Part shown: in pieces, positions 35,210 to 42,989 of the stretch
Position numbering within the stretch: the stretch's first letter is position 1
How the letters are laid out: each line of letters starts with the position of its first letter
Assembly: GCA_027025255.1 (NCBI GenBank)
Contig: JALVRC010000046.1
Span: 1 to 44,793 of the forward strand
Direction: 5' to 3'
Length of the DNA: 44,793 nt
From: a candidate division WOR-3 bacterium
Lineage (GTDB): Bacteria > Hydrothermota > Tepidihabitantia > B3-TA06 > JALVRC01
The notes under the pieces: model-generated
Seen by the model: only the letters and a program-made list of their open reading frames with translations
Database searches by the model: none
What the model was told of the DNA's origin: nothing
Made by a program: the position numbers and the translations under genes

Positions 35210-35882
35210 ATTGCCTTTCTCTCCTTTGTTTTACTTTGTTTCTTAAAGGTAATGCCAACAAAACACCTGTCAAAAAACCCCCGATATGAGCGAACCATGC
35301 CACTCCTCCCTGAGCTCCCAATGAACCCAATCCACTAAAGAATTGCAAGAGTATCCATAATCCAAGAAATATGTACGCAGGTATATAAACTATTTCCCAA
35401 ATAATAACCAGAGGGAGTAAGGTTAATATCTTTGCACGAGGGAAAAGTATTATATATGCACCCAGAATCCCAGAAATAGCACCAGACGCACCTATCATAG
35501 GTATATTAGAAGCTGGATTTAAAAAAGCCTGAATAAGCGCCCCTCCTATACCAGACATAAAATAAATAAATAAAAACTTAGAATGCCCGGCTATATCTTC
35601 TACATTATCCCCGAATATCCATAAAAACCACATATTTCCAATTATATGAAGTAAATCTGCATGTATAAACATTGATGTAAAAATTGTAAGCACCGCATAA
35701 AAAGAAAACGAAAAAATGAGTCTTTCTGGTAGAAGACCAAAAGCGTAAAAGAATTGAGTTAGGGCATTTTTAGAAAAGGACAATTCAAAAAGGAAAACAA
35801 TTACATTTATAACTATAATAGTATACAAAAATAAAGGCTTTTTATAAGAAGGAATATTATCCTTAAGGGGTAACATATTCAA
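35193..35882 (-). CDS. rhomboid family intramembrane serine protease
   Basis: HADLLHIIGNMWFLWIFG, GASGAISGILGAY and HIGGF motifs. 6-7 TM helices. Confidence 0.85.
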   Translation of the reverse strand: MNMLPLKDNIPSYKKPLFLYTIIVINVIVFLFELSFSKNALTQFFYAFGLLPERLIFSFSFYAVLTIFTSMFIHADLLHIIGNMWFLWIFGDNVEDIAGHSKFLFIYFMSGIGGALIQAFLNPASNIPMIGASGAISGILGAYIILFPRAKILTLLPLVIIWEIVYIPAYIFLGLWILLQFFSGLGSLGAQGGVAWFAHIGGFLTGVLLALPLRNKVKQRRERQYDVYR

Positions 35883-36342
35883 CTCCTGCTTGAGCTATAC
35901 AAACAATGCCCTCTCCTCTCCCTATAAATCCCATACCCTCGTTAGACTTAACTTGAATATTAACAAATCTTTCACTTATCTCTAAAATAGTTGAAAGAGA
36001 ACGCATCATAGGAACAATAAAGTCCTTTAATTTAGGCCTTTCTGCAATTATAATAACCTGAACAAAGCTCAAATTTGCCTGCCTCTCTTTTAAACGTTTT
36101 AATATCTCCCTTATAAAGAAAGAACTTTTAACATCCTTATATTCTAACATAGAAGGAGAAAACATCTCTCCTATACCACCCATAAAACTTGCACTTAGAA
36201 CAGCATCCGCTATTGCATGAAGAACAACATCTCCGTCAGAATGCGAAGCAAGTCCTTCTTTATAAGGAATTTCTATGCCTCCTAATCGTAGCCTGCTACC
36301 CGATGAGAACTTGTGAGAATCATATCCAATCCCTGTAATCAT
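35863..36342 (-). CDS. ispF: 2-C-methyl-D-erythritol 2,4-cyclodiphosphate synthase
   Basis: GIGYDSHKF and SHSDGDVVLHAIADA. Confidence 0.9.
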   Translation of the reverse strand: MITGIGYDSHKFSSGSRLRLGGIEIPYKEGLASHSDGDVVLHAIADAVLSASFMGGIGEMFSPSMLEYKDVKSSFFIREILKRLKERQANLSFVQVIIIAERPKLKDFIVPMMRSLSTILEISERFVNIQVKSNEGMGFIGRGEGIVCIAQAGVEYVTP

Positions 36343-36348
36343 CTAACA

Positions 36349-36376
36349 ATTATAAACACTTTTATAAAAAAGTCAA
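36349..36376 (-). promoter_or_regulatory. sigma70-type promoter TTGACT-N16-TATAAT, 6 nt before ispF ATG (leaderless geometry)
   Basis: Minus strand: TTGACT 36376-36371, TATAAT 36354-36349, ATG at 36342. No SD. Confidence 0.5.
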
Positions 36377-36379
36377 GAC

Positions 36380-36407
36380 TTGACACAACATAAAAACAAT
36401 ATATAAT
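36380..36407 (+). promoter_or_regulatory. sigma70-type promoter TTGACA-N16-TATAAT, 7 nt before GT2 ATG (leaderless geometry)
   Basis: TTGACA 36380-36385, TATAAT 36402-36407, ATG 36415. No SD. Confidence 0.5.
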
Positions 36408-36414
36408 TTGAATT

Positions 36415-37707
36415 ATGGATATTTTCTTTATAATTTTGTCAAAAATGCTTTTATTATTACTTATTATAATTTCAATTTATATTCTTGTTATTGGATTTAA
36501 AGTCAGGATTAAAAGATTAAAACATACCTTCTTCCCTGAGGTAAGTCTTCTTGTTTATGCAAAGGATGCGGGTAATACAATAAAAAGAAAAATAGAAAAT
36601 TTTCTTTCTCAAAACTATCCTGAAAATAAATATGAAATAATTGTTTACGACAATGCTTCTTCAGACGAAACAAAAAAAATATGTGAAGGCTTTGCTAAAA
36701 AAGGCGCTATAAAATACATAAGGGTTGGAGAGAATAAAAATCTTAGAAAAAGCTATGGAAAAGGGACAGTCATATATATAAAGCATCCTGGATTTGACAG
36801 AAAGGCACCTCTATTAGACCTTGCGATAAAAGAGCTTGCAACAGGAGAAATAATACTTATGAATGATCCTGATGTTGTTTGCGAAAAAAACTGGATACTT
36901 GACATGGTGCAGCCTTTTAAGAATAAACAGGTAGGAGCAGTAACAGGTACTGTCCACTGTGGGAACTACTATGAATCGATTATGACACGCTTAAGAGCAG
37001 TTGAGGACGAATGGAATTATGTTGTAACCAGAATGATTAACAATGAAATGATACCTATATATGGAGCTAACTATGGTCTCCGCTATTCCGTATGGAAAGA
37101 GGTAGGAGGACATGGTACCGGAGTAATAGAGGATGTTGATATAGCTGTTAAAATAATTGAAAAAGAATTTAAGATTGTAGGAGTCAGTGCTTCTGGTGTA
37201 GAAGAAGAAGTAAGTAATATAAATGCCTATTGGAGACAAAGAACTCGCTGGTACAAAGCTAACATTTTTCAGCTCTTTAAAGGGAAACACAAAATAAAGA
37301 AATTTATAAATCTCATACCCTTCTCATTACATTCCTGGGCAGTAATTTCAATGTATGCACTTTTAAGAGCTCTCCTTGACCCCCTTCATATCTCCGGGTT
37401 TACTATTGCTGTCACTCTGGATATCATATTTGCCTCAGCTCCCCTATTATTTCTTCATATTGCTATGTTTGTTGCATTTATAAAGATAAAAACAGGGAGG
37501 AAATTCATTCCGTTTATTCCTCTCTATCTCACAGTAGACGCTCTTCTTTTCTTTATAACCCTTATTTACGTTAACACATTGGGCAGATTTAGCAAAGAAG
37601 TATGGCCATCTCTCGAAGGCAAACACTATCATGCAGGTGTTAAACTTAAAAGAAAATGGTTTTTCCAATTCGAAAACAAAGAAAGAAAGCACTATAAAAA
37701 TAAATAG
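36415..37707 (+). CDS. membrane-embedded processive family-2 glycosyltransferase (PgaC/NodC/BcsA-like synthase)
   Basis: VYDNASSDET, NDPDVV, IEDVD and QRTRW (the D,D,D,QxxRW set). One N-terminal TM and several C-terminal TM helices. Confidence 0.7.
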   Translation: MDIFFIILSKMLLLLLIIISIYILVIGFKVRIKRLKHTFFPEVSLLVYAKDAGNTIKRKIENFLSQNYPENKYEIIVYDNASSDETKKICEGFAKKGAIKYIRVGENKNLRKSYGKGTVIYIKHPGFDRKAPLLDLAIKELATGEIILMNDPDVVCEKNWILDMVQPFKNKQVGAVTGTVHCGNYYESIMTRLRAVEDEWNYVVTRMINNEMIPIYGANYGLRYSVWKEVGGHGTGVIEDVDIAVKIIEKEFKIVGVSASGVEEEVSNINAYWRQRTRWYKANIFQLFKGKHKIKKFINLIPFSLHSWAVISMYALLRALLDPLHISGFTIAVTLDIIFASAPLLFLHIAMFVAFIKIKTGRKFIPFIPLYLTVDALLFFITLIYVNTLGRFSKEVWPSLEGKHYHAGVKLKRKWFFQFENKERKHYKNK

Positions 37708-37718
37708 TTTTTTATTGC

Positions 37719-37746
37719 TTGACACTCCCATAAAAATGTGTATATT
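37719..37746 (+). promoter_or_regulatory. sigma70-type promoter TTGACA-N16-TATATT
   Basis: TTGACA 37719-37724, TATATT 37741-37746. A leader of about 40 nt with AAAGGAG precedes ATG 37790. Confidence 0.5.
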
Positions 37747-37789
37747 TTTCTCTATATGATTATTTTTATGAATAAAAAGGAGAATTATA

Positions 37790-39568
37790 ATGATAAAGGA
37801 TTTTAGAAAATTAGGTGCAAGTATTATGGTAATAGTAGTTGTTTCCTTTCTTCTACTTATTGTACTTCAATGGGGAGCAAATCTTGCTGGTACACGCAAC
37901 AGAGCTCAATCAACACCCCGTGACGTAATACTTAAAGGAGATGGCATAAAGGTTACACGAATGTGGTATCAGGAAAACTATAAAAAAACACTTAGAGATT
38001 GGGAGGCTAAAAACAATAGACATCCCAGCAGCAGAGACTACAGAGAAATAAAAGAACAAGCATGGGAAAATCTGCAAAAAGATGTTATATGGGAAAGACT
38101 TCTCAAAAGCGAAAGGCCTGTAGTTACTGATGATGAAGTCTGGGAGATAATAAAGGTAACTCCTCCTCAAGAACTAATGCAAGATACTTCTTTTATCACC
38201 CCTGACGGTAAATTTAATTATCAAAGATACCACCAGCTTCTTACAATGCCTAATGCTCAACAGTGGATTACTCAATATGCAAAAATGATAAAGGCAAGCC
38301 TTTTAAAACAAAAGGTACAGTACGACCTTATCAATACCTATAGATTAACCTCCAATGAGAAAAAAGATATTTCTCGAATGGAAGGAGCAAAGGTTACTGT
38401 ACGTTTTATGCCTATAAATTACTCTCCCTATCCGATTGACAGCTCTGTAAGCAAAGAGGAAATAGAAAAAATTTATAAAAAATACAAAGACAAATACACA
38501 AGGGAAGAAAGAAGACGAATGATACCAATATATTTCTATTTAATCCCATCAAAAGCTGATTCAGAGAACGCTAAAGCAAGAATAGATTTAGCCTATGAGG
38601 CATTAAAAGAAGGAGACAGCTTCAATGTAGTAGCAGGAGATTATTCAGACAGTCCTTACGACACTATAAAAGTTACACCTGAAAAGCTTGCTGATACAGA
38701 AAAGGTAATTTTTAACTCATTAAAACCTGGAGACTACTCAAAACCGTATTTCTATTGGGGAACGTACAATGTTGTTAGAATGATTGAGAAAAGAAAGGAT
38801 ACCTTTACTGTAAATGTTATTACTGTAAGGATCAGACCTGGTGAGGATACAAAAGAAGCCCTGCTGTCAAGAATAGATTCTTTCAAAACAGTACTAAAAA
38901 AACGCAAAGGGATTATAGACTCTTCACTTATAAAAAAATGGAATATCCAGGTAAGAAGACCTATAGAAGCAAGTAAAAAATCAATTACATATTTTGTGGC
39001 TTTAAAAGATAAACTCTGGGCAGTAAAAACATTTGGAGAGAAAGCTCCGAAAGGAGCTATAAGTGAGCCTTTCCCTCTTTCAGACAAGGGATTTTTCATT
39101 TTCTATGTCTCAGAAATAAAGAAAAAGGACATGAAGCCTCTGGATAGTCTTAGAGCAAGTATTATAGAAAGGATACTCTATTTAAGAAATCTTGATAGTA
39201 TAAAATCTTTTGCTTTGCAATTAAAGGATAGTATTGTCAAATTCCATAGAACAATTGATGAGTTGGCTCCTGAACTCGGAGTAAAGATTGATACTCTCAC
39301 ACTTCCCTCCTTCTCTATGGGAGCCGATTATTATGGACCTGTCTTTTCAGCCGTTGTTATGACTATGAACCCAGGTGATAGATATGGACCGGTTGAAATG
39401 TTTAAGAGAACTCAATACGGCTTCATAGAATGCTTAAGAAGAGAACCTGATTTATCAAAACTTGAAACAGCCTACCATAACAGGATTGTAGATGCGATAA
39501 ATGCCCTTTCAGACAGCTTATTTAAAGAGCCTGAATGGAAAGATTACAGGAAACTTAATGAGTTTTAA
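37790..39568 (+). CDS. PpiD/SurA-N-like membrane-anchored periplasmic chaperone with degenerate parvulin region
   Basis: N-terminal anchor GASIMVIVVVSFLLLIVL and a long helical chaperone-like region. The central LKEGDSFNVVAGDYSD...LKPGDYSKPY resembles an inactive PPIC domain. Confidence 0.5.
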   Translation: MIKDFRKLGASIMVIVVVSFLLLIVLQWGANLAGTRNRAQSTPRDVILKGDGIKVTRMWYQENYKKTLRDWEAKNNRHPSSRDYREIKEQAWENLQKDVIWERLLKSERPVVTDDEVWEIIKVTPPQELMQDTSFITPDGKFNYQRYHQLLTMPNAQQWITQYAKMIKASLLKQKVQYDLINTYRLTSNEKKDISRMEGAKVTVRFMPINYSPYPIDSSVSKEEIEKIYKKYKDKYTREERRRMIPIYFYLIPSKADSENAKARIDLAYEALKEGDSFNVVAGDYSDSPYDTIKVTPEKLADTEKVIFNSLKPGDYSKPYFYWGTYNVVRMIEKRKDTFTVNVITVRIRPGEDTKEALLSRIDSFKTVLKKRKGIIDSSLIKKWNIQVRRPIEASKKSITYFVALKDKLWAVKTFGEKAPKGAISEPFPLSDKGFFIFYVSEIKKKDMKPLDSLRASIIERILYLRNLDSIKSFALQLKDSIVKFHRTIDELAPELGVKIDTLTLPSFSMGADYYGPVFSAVVMTMNPGDRYGPVEMFKRTQYGFIECLRREPDLSKLETAYHNRIVDAINALSDSLFKEPEWKDYRKLNEF

Positions 39569-39573
39569 CCTCT

Positions 39574-39645
39574 GGCCCCATCGTCTAATGGTTAGGACAT
39601 CACTCTTTCAAGGTGAAGATACGGGTTCGACTCCCGTTGGGGCTA
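39574..39645 (+). tRNA. tRNA-Glu (UUC)
   Basis: Folded by hand: acceptor GGCCCCA/TGGGGCT, D stem GTCT/GGAC, anticodon stem TCACT/GGTGA with loop CTTTCAA, T arm ACGGG-TTCGACT-CCCGT. No encoded CCA. Confidence 0.9.
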
Positions 39646-39653
39646 TTTGACAC

Positions 39654-41246
39654 ATGGGCGAGATAGTCTTTCTCGCCCTCTTTTCATTCTCTTTTGAGAA
39701 TAAATATACTCCTTACCTTATAAAAATTATACCTTTTAATGTTTGTTATACAAAAGTTGACTACCACAGTATATACTATGAACCTGAATTTTCTATTTCT
39801 TTTCCTCCTGTTTTTTACTCTGCTTTAGCTTTAAAAGGAACTTACAAAATAAAAGATACAACATATATCCCCTGTATAAATTCTTTTAAAGTACGTGCTG
39901 GATTGAATACCTCCATACTTAACAAGCCTTATTACGGAATAAAGATTCAAGGAACCTATTCTTATCCAATAAATTATTTTTTTGCCTCCTATGACAGTCT
40001 AATGCTTCACTATAATACATATTCTCTCTCTTTAATGAACAGCATACTTATTAATAAATTTTCTTTAAAATTTGAAGGCGAATATAAATCTTCTAAAACA
40101 GACACGATATCCTTTAATATATCCATTGGATATTCATCTTATATTAACTCTGGATTACTCTCAGGGGTTAATCTCATAGATTTTAAGCCCTCAGCCTATT
40201 CTGGTATATATTTCAATATAAATAGCCTATCAAAGAAACGAATTCTTACTGGCTTGTATTTTGAGTACTACTTTAATGAAAAAATGATATTACTTTCCTC
40301 ACATATTGGCTTTGGCTACGTATACAACGATACGCTAAAAAAATACACAAAAATTATTTTGCGTGTCTTAAATGGTACAGATGGAAAAGGAATAAAAGCA
40401 AATCTTTATGTGCCTGAACTTAATAAAACATACAGCATAGACAAAATTGATACCATTCTAATAAAACCAGGAATTTATAGATTAAGAGCTGAAAAAACTG
40501 GATTTAAATGGCAGGAAAAGGGAGTCGTCCTAAAAAAAGGTGATATAAAACATGTAGAATTTGTACTTATCCCTTTTAAAGAACAATCATTTATAGCAGG
40601 CAAAGTATTTAACAACGACCATTCTACATTAGAGAATGCTACCGTTAAAATACTCGTGAACAACAAAGAAATAAAAGAGGTTGAAACGGATAAATTCGGT
40701 ATTTTTAAATCAATAATAAACCCTGGAACGTACATACTTATAGCGGAAAAAGAAGGATACTTCCCTGACACTTTTAATATAATTATTAATGATAGCAAAA
40801 ACCTGGAACATAACTTCTTTTTAAAACCAGAAGAAGAAAATATGTCAACAAACAAACGCACTGTATCTCAGGACAGTCTTATTAAAATAGTAGTCAAGAA
40901 TGATAACCAACAATATATATATGCTGGAGATATTGTTTTTATCCAGGGGAAAGCAACTCTTACAAAAAAAGCAAAAGAGAATCTTGATAAACTATCTGTA
41001 TATCTAAAAAAGCATGAAGAGATAAAAATAGAGGTACAGGGACACACTGATAGTGTAGGCAACAAGCTCAAAAACCTGAAACTCTCCCAAAAGAGAGCTC
41101 AAAGCGTTATGAATTATCTTATAATGAAAGGAATAAGCCCTGAAAGACTTACAGCAAAAGGTTATGGAGAGAAATATCCTATTGCAGACAACAGAAGTCT
41201 ATCTGGAAGAAGAAAGAACCGAAGAATAGAATTCTTAATAAAATAA
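39654..41246 (+). CDS. OmpA-family protein: N-terminal beta-rich region, two CarboxypepD_reg-like domains, C-terminal OmpA peptidoglycan-binding domain
   Basis: C-terminus IEVQGHTDSVGNKLKNLKLSQKRAQSVMNYL...GYGEKYPIADN...NRRIEF. GKVFNNDHSTLENATVKI...TDKFGIFKS...PGTYILIAEKEGYFP is a carboxypeptidase-regulatory fold. The start is uncertain (no SD, 8 nt after the tRNA, overlaps the hairpin). Confidence 0.75.
   Translation: MGEIVFLALFSFSFENKYTPYLIKIIPFNVCYTKVDYHSIYYEPEFSISFPPVFYSALALKGTYKIKDTTYIPCINSFKVRAGLNTSILNKPYYGIKIQGTYSYPINYFFASYDSLMLHYNTYSLSLMNSILINKFSLKFEGEYKSSKTDTISFNISIGYSSYINSGLLSGVNLIDFKPSAYSGIYFNINSLSKKRILTGLYFEYYFNEKMILLSSHIGFGYVYNDTLKKYTKIILRVLNGTDGKGIKANLYVPELNKTYSIDKIDTILIKPGIYRLRAEKTGFKWQEKGVVLKKGDIKHVEFVLIPFKEQSFIAGKVFNNDHSTLENATVKILVNNKEIKEVETDKFGIFKSIINPGTYILIAEKEGYFPDTFNIIINDSKNLEHNFFLKPEEENMSTNKRTVSQDSLIKIVVKNDNQQYIYAGDIVFIQGKATLTKKAKENLDKLSVYLKKHEEIKIEVQGHTDSVGNKLKNLKLSQKRAQSVMNYLIMKGISPERLTAKGYGEKYPIADNRSLSGRRKNRRIEFLIK
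39656..39695 (+). terminator. intrinsic-terminator-like hairpin after tRNA-Glu
   Basis: GGGCGAGA (39656-39663) / TCTCGCCC (39671-39678), 7-nt loop, followed by TCTTTTCATTCTCTTTT. Lies inside the first 14 codons of the OmpA-family ORF. Confidence 0.5.
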
Positions 41247-41314
41247 CAATTTCCAAGCCTATTTGACATGTTTTTTATTTACATAAATAGTTATAGTTTG
41301 ATTGACTGAAAAAA

Positions 41315-41387
41315 CGGGGAGTAGCGCAGTGGCAAGCGCACCTGGTTCGGGACCAGGGGGTCGCTGGTTCAAATCCAGTCTCCCCGA
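41315..41387 (+). tRNA. tRNA-Pro (CGG)
   Basis: Acceptor CGGGGAG/CTCCCCG, D stem GCGC/GCGC, anticodon stem CCTGG/CCAGG with loop TTCGGGA, T arm GCTGG-TTCAAAT-CCAGT. No encoded CCA. Confidence 0.9.
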
Positions 41388-41397
41388 TACTTTTATT

Positions 41398-41910
41398 ATG
41401 AAAAAACTTAAGACCTTAATTAGTAAAGAAGATATTGTCTCTCGAGTCAAAGAATTGGCATATAATATTAACAAAGACTACAAAAACAAGGATTTGCATA
41501 TAATTGGTGTTCTTAAAGGAAGTTTTATATTCCTTTCCGATCTTATGAGGAAACTTAACCTGAATCCAACAGTTGATTTTATCATGTTAAAGAGCTACGC
41601 AGGGGAACAAAGTACGGAAAATGTAAAAATCCTTCATGATATATCAATGGAGGTAAAAGGCAAAGATATCTTAATTGTTGAGGACATTGTTGATACAGGG
41701 ATAACACTTGAATTTCTAATAAATCTCCTCCATGCTAAATCTCCAAACAGTATAAAAGTCATAACCTTGCTTGACAAACCTTCTAAAAGGAAAATAAACA
41801 TACCTGTTGATTATGTTGGATTTAAAATTAAAGATAGATTTGTAGTTGGGTATGGGCTTGATTTTAATGAACAGTACAGACAACTACCATTTATTGGCTA
41901 CTTTGAATGA
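41398..41910 (+). CDS. hpt: hypoxanthine phosphoribosyltransferase
   Basis: PRPP motif ILIVEDIVDTGITL, GVLKGSF, C-terminal FVVGYGLDFNEQYRQLPFIG. The track ORF from 41302 reads through the tRNA, so the first credible start is ATG 41398. Confidence 0.9.
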   Translation: MKKLKTLISKEDIVSRVKELAYNINKDYKNKDLHIIGVLKGSFIFLSDLMRKLNLNPTVDFIMLKSYAGEQSTENVKILHDISMEVKGKDILIVEDIVDTGITLEFLINLLHAKSPNSIKVITLLDKPSKRKINIPVDYVGFKIKDRFVVGYGLDFNEQYRQLPFIGYFE

Positions 41911-42175
41911 GTGTATAAAAGTAATTGTCTCAGGTAGAGTACAGGGGGTTGGCTTTAGATATACAGTACTTAAACACGCTGAAGCCTTCAAGATTAAAGG
42001 ATACGTTAAAAATCTATATGATGGAACCGTTGAAATTGTAATAAAAAAAGATAAGAAAACAATAGATAAATTTATTAAAATCATCAAAAATCTACCTTAT
42101 CCTATCCAGGTCGATAAGCTTAGCTTAGAAAATACTGTATGTGAGGAATTTAAACGCTTTGAAATCAGATATTAA
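41867..42175 (+). CDS. acyP: acylphosphatase
   Basis: VSGRVQGVGFRY and GYVKNLYDGTVEIV. Start uncertain: TTG 41846, ATG 41852 or 41867, or TTG 41903. The last gives the typical length of about 90 aa. Confidence 0.8.
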   Translation: MNSTDNYHLLATLNECIKVIVSGRVQGVGFRYTVLKHAEAFKIKGYVKNLYDGTVEIVIKKDKKTIDKFIKIIKNLPYPIQVDKLSLENTVCEEFKRFEIRY

Positions 42176-42989
42176 AAGAGTGCTCGTTCTTGGAGGAGGT
42201 GGAGCTAAAGGTTTTGCTCATATCGGGGCTATAAAAGCTTTAGAAGAAGCAGGGATAGAATTCGACTGTCTTGTAGGCGTAAGTATCGGTGCTGTTGTAG
42301 GCAGCTTTTACGTATCTGGATACAGTGCAGGTGAAATGGAAAAACTTGCGCTGGATTTGAATACACGTAAAATACTTTATCTTCTGTCTCCTGTTTTCCC
42401 TTTACATGGCATTTTCTCAGCAAAAAGACTTAAAGAATACTTAGAGAAAAACCTGAAGGTTAAAACCTTTGAACAGACATTATTACGTTTTCATACAATT
42501 GCAGTTGATCTTACAAAAGGAAGCATTGTTGTTTTTAAAGAAGGTCCTATTATAGACGGCATCATTGCAAGCATGTCAATACCAGGATTATTTATTCCCT
42601 TTTACTATAAAAATCATCCTCTTGTTGATGGAGGTCTTGTAGAATACCTTCCAGTAAACACTGTAAAAAAGCTCTACCCAAAGTCAAAAATACTTGCCAT
42701 TGATGTTTTAAGACAGGACTATCCTGAATTTACATATAATTCAGATATTATAAAGGCAGATAAAAAAAATCTAAAGTTACATGAAGTTTTGATAAACAGC
42801 CTTGGGTATGTATTTAATCCATCTTTTAATAATAAGGACAAAAAAGTAAGGGTTGTAAATATTGATACACAGGATGTAGCTTTCTTTGAATTTGACAGGG
42901 CAAAAATACTCATAGAAAGAGGCTATTCAAGTATAGCAAGCAATATAAAACCTATCAAGAAATTTCTCTCAAGAGGTCTTTTCTTTTAG
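42141..42989 (+). CDS. patatin-like phospholipase
   Basis: GGGGAKGFAHIGAIKALEEAGI, GxSxG (GVSIG) and the catalytic Asp motif VDGG. GTG start in the track; TTG 42159 or GTG 42180 are alternatives. Confidence 0.85.
   Translation: MRNLNALKSDIKRVLVLGGGGAKGFAHIGAIKALEEAGIEFDCLVGVSIGAVVGSFYVSGYSAGEMEKLALDLNTRKILYLLSPVFPLHGIFSAKRLKEYLEKNLKVKTFEQTLLRFHTIAVDLTKGSIVVFKEGPIIDGIIASMSIPGLFIPFYYKNHPLVDGGLVEYLPVNTVKKLYPKSKILAIDVLRQDYPEFTYNSDIIKADKKNLKLHEVLINSLGYVFNPSFNNKDKKVRVVNIDTQDVAFFEFDRAKILIERGYSSIASNIKPIKKFLSRGLFF

Noticed and set aside
36343-36414. Possible replication origin at the minus-to-plus strand switch
   Set aside because: The gene orientation diverges here as it would around an origin. However, the gap is only 72 bp and is fully accounted for by two promoters. 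I saw no cluster of DnaA-box-like TTATCCACA sequences and no dnaA or dnaN nearby. A cumulative GC-skew plot of the whole replicon would settle it.
39647-39652. TTGACA immediately after tRNA-Glu, considered as a -35 box for the OmpA-family gene
   Set aside because: No TATAAT-like hexamer lies 16-18 nt downstream; that position falls in the GC-rich hairpin.
39778-39828. Out-of-frame ATG giving MNLNFLFLFLLFFTLL-stop. One extra T in the T6 run at 39811-39816 would fuse it to the OmpA-family frame as a signal peptide (MNLNFLFLFLLFFYSALA/LK)
   Set aside because: Attractive, but unsupported. There is no SD and no promoter at either leaderless or leadered spacing upstream of 39778. Pyrimidine-rich DNA yields F/L-rich peptides in any frame. 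The main frame also stays open for 41 codons upstream, which is unlikely for non-coding AT-rich DNA. Worth a look only if reads show length variation in the T run.
41259-41474. 71-aa minus-strand ORF and the first 32 codons of the 41302-41910 plus-strand ORF
   Set aside because: Both are read through the tRNA-Pro gene (41315-41387). The GSGPGGRWFKSS-type sequence is simply translated tRNA. The recognisable hpt sequence begins at ATG 41398.
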